Source: Bacteroidales bacterium | GTDB taxonomy: Bacteria; Bacteroidota; Bacteroidia; Bacteroidales; UBA12077 | Direction of reading: 5' to 3' | Length of the DNA stretch: 64,000 bases | NCBI GenBank assembly: GCA_019038645.1 | Contig: JAHOYT010000017.1 | Coordinates: 15,039-79,038, forward strand | Part shown: positions 60,518 to 64,000 of the stretch, piece after piece | Layout: the number at the start of each line of letters is the position of its first letter | Numbering within the stretch: the stretch's first letter is position 1 | Made by a program: the position numbers and the translations under genes | The notes under the pieces: model-generated | The model's database searches: none | Told to the model about the DNA's origin: nothing | The model's input: only the letters and a program-made list of their open reading frames with translations

Positions 60518-61801
60518 TTATATATCTCTTACTAAACGAACGTAATTATAAATACGAATAACATCGCCCTGAGGGCCATGTCCATACGGATAATCTTCAG
60601 GATTCCCAGTTTTAGGATCGCTACGTTGTGCTCCCGCTCCATGAACATCCATTAAAGTATAATCTCCAAAAGGACTTTCCATAAATCCCAAAGCTTCACC
60701 AAAAGCAATATAAACAGCACTGTTTCCTAATCCTTCTCCACCGGAATGCGTTGTTCCGGTCCAGTAAAACGGATAATTAGAATCTCCACCTTCATCAGTT
60801 ATTTGTGTACAATTAAATACAGGATCAATTGCTGGAGAATTCGATGTCGATGGCGAACGGGTATAATCAACAATACTTTGTAATTCTTTTGCATTTGGCA
60901 AGCGCCAGTCAGTGTAGCCTGCAAATTCAAGATTCTCAGCCCATTCAAGTGTTTCTTCCCAGTTCATGCTGCCATCATTGTTGCTCCCGGCTTCAAAAGT
61001 TCCGCTATCATCCTGCAACCACATAAGTTCAGTATTTAAATCAGAAATAGTACCATCATTATTATCCACAAAATTATTTATTCCATAATTCACATTTCCA
61101 CGAACGTATTTTACAAAGAATAGTTTGTCAGATCCATTCATTAATACAGGATATCCTTTAATTCTGCCATCAGCAAAATTAACTCCAAATACAGTTTCGT
61201 CTCCGTCCATGGTTGTACCAACATATTTTGTGCAAGAAGCATACTGAGCATCAATTAAACGTTCACCGATACTTTCATCGCCATACTCAAAATCAAAATA
61301 ATCGGTTTCTATAAATGGATTTGCTGCTTCTACAGTTGTCCAGCCGCTAACATCATCACCACTAAAAATAATTAACGAATATAATTCTTTGATAGTTGGC
61401 AAACGCCAGTCGTTAAATCCGGCAAGATTATAACTTCCGGCTCCGGTTATTGCATCGTCAAGAGACATTTTTTCATCAACAGATTGCTGCCACATTAAAC
61501 CAGTATTCAAATCAGTGATTGTTCCATTTCCATTATCCACATAATTTAGTTGATTGCCAAAATAATTTGCATCCTGTCCATAAAATGAAGTGCCGGATGA
61601 GGGTTCAGAAATTGAACTTTGATTATTATAAAAAGTAGTCTGATCAGTATCAACAATTACATATTTACCGTCAAACGTATTATCTACGCTTTCATCTCCT
61701 GAAAAATCATCATCTTTATTACACCCATTAAGCATTACTGGAATACTTATTAGAAGGCTCAAAAGCACCATTCCAAAACTATCTAATCTATTTGTTTTCA
61801 T
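60518..61801 (-). CDS. DUF1566 (Lcl C-terminal domain) lipoprotein, two repeats
   Basis: Lipoprotein signal (VMLNGC) and two copies of the LMWQ...(F/Y)(N/T)DWRLP(T/N)(I/A)KEL(Y/Q)S(L/I) motif. Confidence 0.75.
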   Translation of the reverse strand: MKTNRLDSFGMVLLSLLISIPVMLNGCNKDDDFSGDESVDNTFDGKYVIVDTDQTTFYNNQSSISEPSSGTSFYGQDANYFGNQLNYVDNGNGTITDLNTGLMWQQSVDEKMSLDDAITGAGSYNLAGFNDWRLPTIKELYSLIIFSGDDVSGWTTVEAANPFIETDYFDFEYGDESIGERLIDAQYASCTKYVGTTMDGDETVFGVNFADGRIKGYPVLMNGSDKLFFVKYVRGNVNYGINNFVDNNDGTISDLNTELMWLQDDSGTFEAGSNNDGSMNWEETLEWAENLEFAGYTDWRLPNAKELQSIVDYTRSPSTSNSPAIDPVFNCTQITDEGGDSNYPFYWTGTTHSGGEGLGNSAVYIAFGEALGFMESPFGDYTLMDVHGAGAQRSDPKTGNPEDYPYGHGPQGDVIRIYNYVRLVRDI

Positions 61802-62102
61802 AATTCATTTCTTTTTTCATTTGACACTTAAGAATATAATTTATTACCATCCAAAACTAACCTTAAGCTAACAATAGAATATTTTACTGCTTTTTTTGTA
61901 TATTTTGTATTTTGTTCTGTTTTATCAACATATACATAACTTTTTTTCTACTCTTTCCGCTTAACACAGAGTCCGGATAACGTTACACTGGTTTGTAATG
62001 TTAATAAAGCATCGTATTTACTTAATAAAGAACTGATTTTGAGAACGCGTCATATTGATTTAATCTTTTTCTTGTATCTTTCTAACCTAACACTCTTATT
62101 TT

Positions 62103-64000
62103 ATGAAAAACCCATTACTCAAAAAAAGAGTAGGTATTTTGGCTGTATTGTTTCTTATACTTAGTCAGCATGCTTTCTCACAAACTCCTCCTGAAGATTT
62201 ATCAGGTGAAAATCTTAAAACATGGTTAAGAACAAACTACTACGATGGAAAACATCAAACTCTCGGTTACACAACAGCACGTGTGTATTTATACAATTAT
62301 ATTGATAATGAAAACAATGTAATAACTTGCGTATATTCTGATTATGAGGTAAATAGTCCTTATGGAGGTACAACTACCTACCCGACTCCAATTAATTGCG
62401 AACATACCATTCCGCAAAGTTTTTTTAATGAGGCCGACCCAATGGTTTCTGATATCCATCATCTTTTTCCAACTTATGAAAACTGGAATAGTACACGTTC
62501 TAATTATCCCTTAACAGAAATTGATGATAATACAACCTCAAAATGGATGTATCTGGATCAAAGCCAAACAAGTATTCCATCTTCAAATATTGATCTTTAT
62601 AGTGAATCGGCCAGTTCAGTATTTGAACCCCGCGAAAATCATAAAGGAAATGCAGCAAGAGCTATTTTTTATTTCTATACTATGTATCCTACACAAGCTG
62701 GTGATATGAGTCAGGTAGGTGATATCGATATTTTTTATCAGTGGCATTTGGATGATCCTGTTGATGCTGAGGAAATTGAAAGAAATAATGAAATTGAAAC
62801 CTATCAGGGAAACCGTAATCCATTTATTGATTACCCTGAAACAGTTGCCCGTGCATGGGAACTTTCTCCTGTGAATACTCCTCCTGTAACTCCGGCTTTA
62901 CAGATAGATGCAGGAGAAACTTCAATTAGTCTTTCATGGAATAATGTTTCTGACGAGAATGGATATAAGCTATACAAATCGAGTGGATCAGGATATTCAC
63001 TTTTGACTGATTTAGCAGCAAACACAACAAGCTATACTGACAATTCTGTTTCAGAAAGCATTACTTACTCATATTATATTCTTGCTTATAATGATTACGG
63101 GAATAGTAGTAATAGCAATACTGTTAGTGGTCAACTGAATTCCGGAAATACTGGTTCGGGTATTAGTGTAAGTGAAGCCTTAGCAGAATCGATAGGTACT
63201 TCAGTTACTGTTGACGGTATTATTACTGAATCATATAATGGTGTATATGCTTTGATTATGAAAGATATCAACGGTAGTGAAACTATTGTTGTAAAACTGG
63301 AAACAGATCACCGCGATGAGTGGAGTCCGGAAAATAACTCAAGTGCAGTTGGAAAAACAATTGAAGTAGTCGGAGTACGTGATACTTATTCATCAGAACA
63401 AAGTATTGAGTATGTAACATGCATTACTGAAATTGGTGGAAATACAGAAGATACAGAAGCACCGACTGCTCCTGGCAGCTTAGTTTCTTCCGGCGTAACA
63501 GAAACATCTGTCAATTTAAGCTGGACATCTTCCACTGACAATGTTGGAGTAACCGGATATGATATTTATAGGAATGGAAGTTATTTAGCTTCTTCAAGTA
63601 GTACTACATATAGTGTAACAGGACTAACGGCTTCAACAGCATATGCTTTTTATGTAAAAGCTAAAGATGGTGCCGGAAATATTTCAGGAGCAAGTAATAC
63701 ATTAAATGCAACAACTTCTGATATTGTTGTTACATATTGTAGCTCACAAGGAAATAATTCGTCTTATGAATGGATTGCAAATGTTGAAATAGGTTCTTAT
63801 ACAAATACATCAGGTGCAGCTAATTATACTGACTTTACTTCTGAAAACCCTACTCTTGAAGCCGGAAGTTCAGTAAGTATATCTTTAACTCCTGGATTTA
63901 GTGGATCAACATACTACGAATACTGGAAAATATGGATTGATTATAATGCCGATGGTGATTTTGATGACCCGGGAGAATTAGCATTTGACTCAGGTTCGAT
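62103..64000 (+). CDS. Secreted endonuclease I family nuclease with FN3, OB-fold-like and GEVED-like domains (3' end beyond window)
   Basis: Absent from the ORF track because it has no stop in the window. The frame is open by manual translation from the ATG at 62103 to nt 64000. It shows a signal peptide, the endonuclease I motifs NCEHTIPQSFF...DIHHLFP...NSTRSNYP...GNRNPFID, two FN3-like modules and a YCSSQGNNSSYEWIANVEIG...DYNADGDFDD end. Confidence 0.8.
   Translation, partial: MKNPLLKKRVGILAVLFLILSQHAFSQTPPEDLSGENLKTWLRTNYYDGKHQTLGYTTARVYLYNYIDNENNVITCVYSDYEVNSPYGGTTTYPTPINCEHTIPQSFFNEADPMVSDIHHLFPTYENWNSTRSNYPLTEIDDNTTSKWMYLDQSQTSIPSSNIDLYSESASSVFEPRENHKGNAARAIFYFYTMYPTQAGDMSQVGDIDIFYQWHLDDPVDAEEIERNNEIETYQGNRNPFIDYPETVARAWELSPVNTPPVTPALQIDAGETSISLSWNNVSDENGYKLYKSSGSGYSLLTDLAANTTSYTDNSVSESITYSYYILAYNDYGNSSNSNTVSGQLNSGNTGSGISVSEALAESIGTSVTVDGIITESYNGVYALIMKDINGSETIVVKLETDHRDEWSPENNSSAVGKTIEVVGVRDTYSSEQSIEYVTCITEIGGNTEDTEAPTAPGSLVSSGVTETSVNLSWTSSTDNVGVTGYDIYRNGSYLASSSSTTYSVTGLTASTAYAFYVKAKDGAGNISGASNTLNATTSDIVVTYCSSQGNNSSYEWIANVEIGSYTNTSGAANYTDFTSENPTLEAGSSVSISLTPGFSGSTYYEYWKIWIDYNADGDFDDPGELAFDSGS

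Overview
AT-rich (about one-third G+C by eye) chromosomal window from a Bacteroidota-type genome. Supporting evidence is gldE-gldD, a T9SS type-B C-terminal sorting domain, DUF4290-murA synteny, TAnnTTTG promoter boxes and an str/S10/spc/alpha ribosomal cluster without adk or tuf. About 18 kb (31.9-49.9 kb, minus strand) is the complete rpsL-rpsG-fusA-rpsJ...rpoA-rplQ super-operon. It includes two small genes missing from the ORF track, rpmJ (35127..35243) and rpmD (38102..38281). The rest is mostly housekeeping: split transketolase, ychF, crcB, hisS, eno, a UbiD-family decarboxylase, a uvrD-type helicase, murA and grpE-dnaJ. Envelope and sensory genes are also present: an ECF sigma cluster, OmpA, a hybrid histidine kinase, a Y_Y_Y-SpoIIE phosphatase, a DUF1566 lipoprotein, and a secreted endonuclease I that runs off the 3' edge and is also absent from the track. 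I found no rRNA, tRNA, CRISPR array, transposase, integrase or prophage, and no convincing novel multi-gene system. The items worth a second look are single-gene or small-scale. (1) An EF-G paralog with Ala in place of the catalytic His, placed head-to-head with the str operon. (2) A secreted PafA/NPP-like alkaline-phosphatase-superfamily protein with most catalytic residues replaced. (3) A CPA1 antiporter fused to an intact cyclic-nucleotide-binding domain. (4) Two divergent MIO ammonia-lyase paralogs flanking ompA, each junction carrying a duplicated terminator plus 34-nt module. (5) A split transketolase interrupted by an MGS-like gene (catalytic Asp to Tyr) and a VWA gene. (6) A hybrid kinase lacking the ATP-lid G boxes. 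(7) MurA with Asp at the fosfomycin-target Cys position. (8) A free-standing NUMOD4/HNH endonuclease gene. All residue-level calls come from by-eye alignment to remembered family motifs and need computational confirmation.
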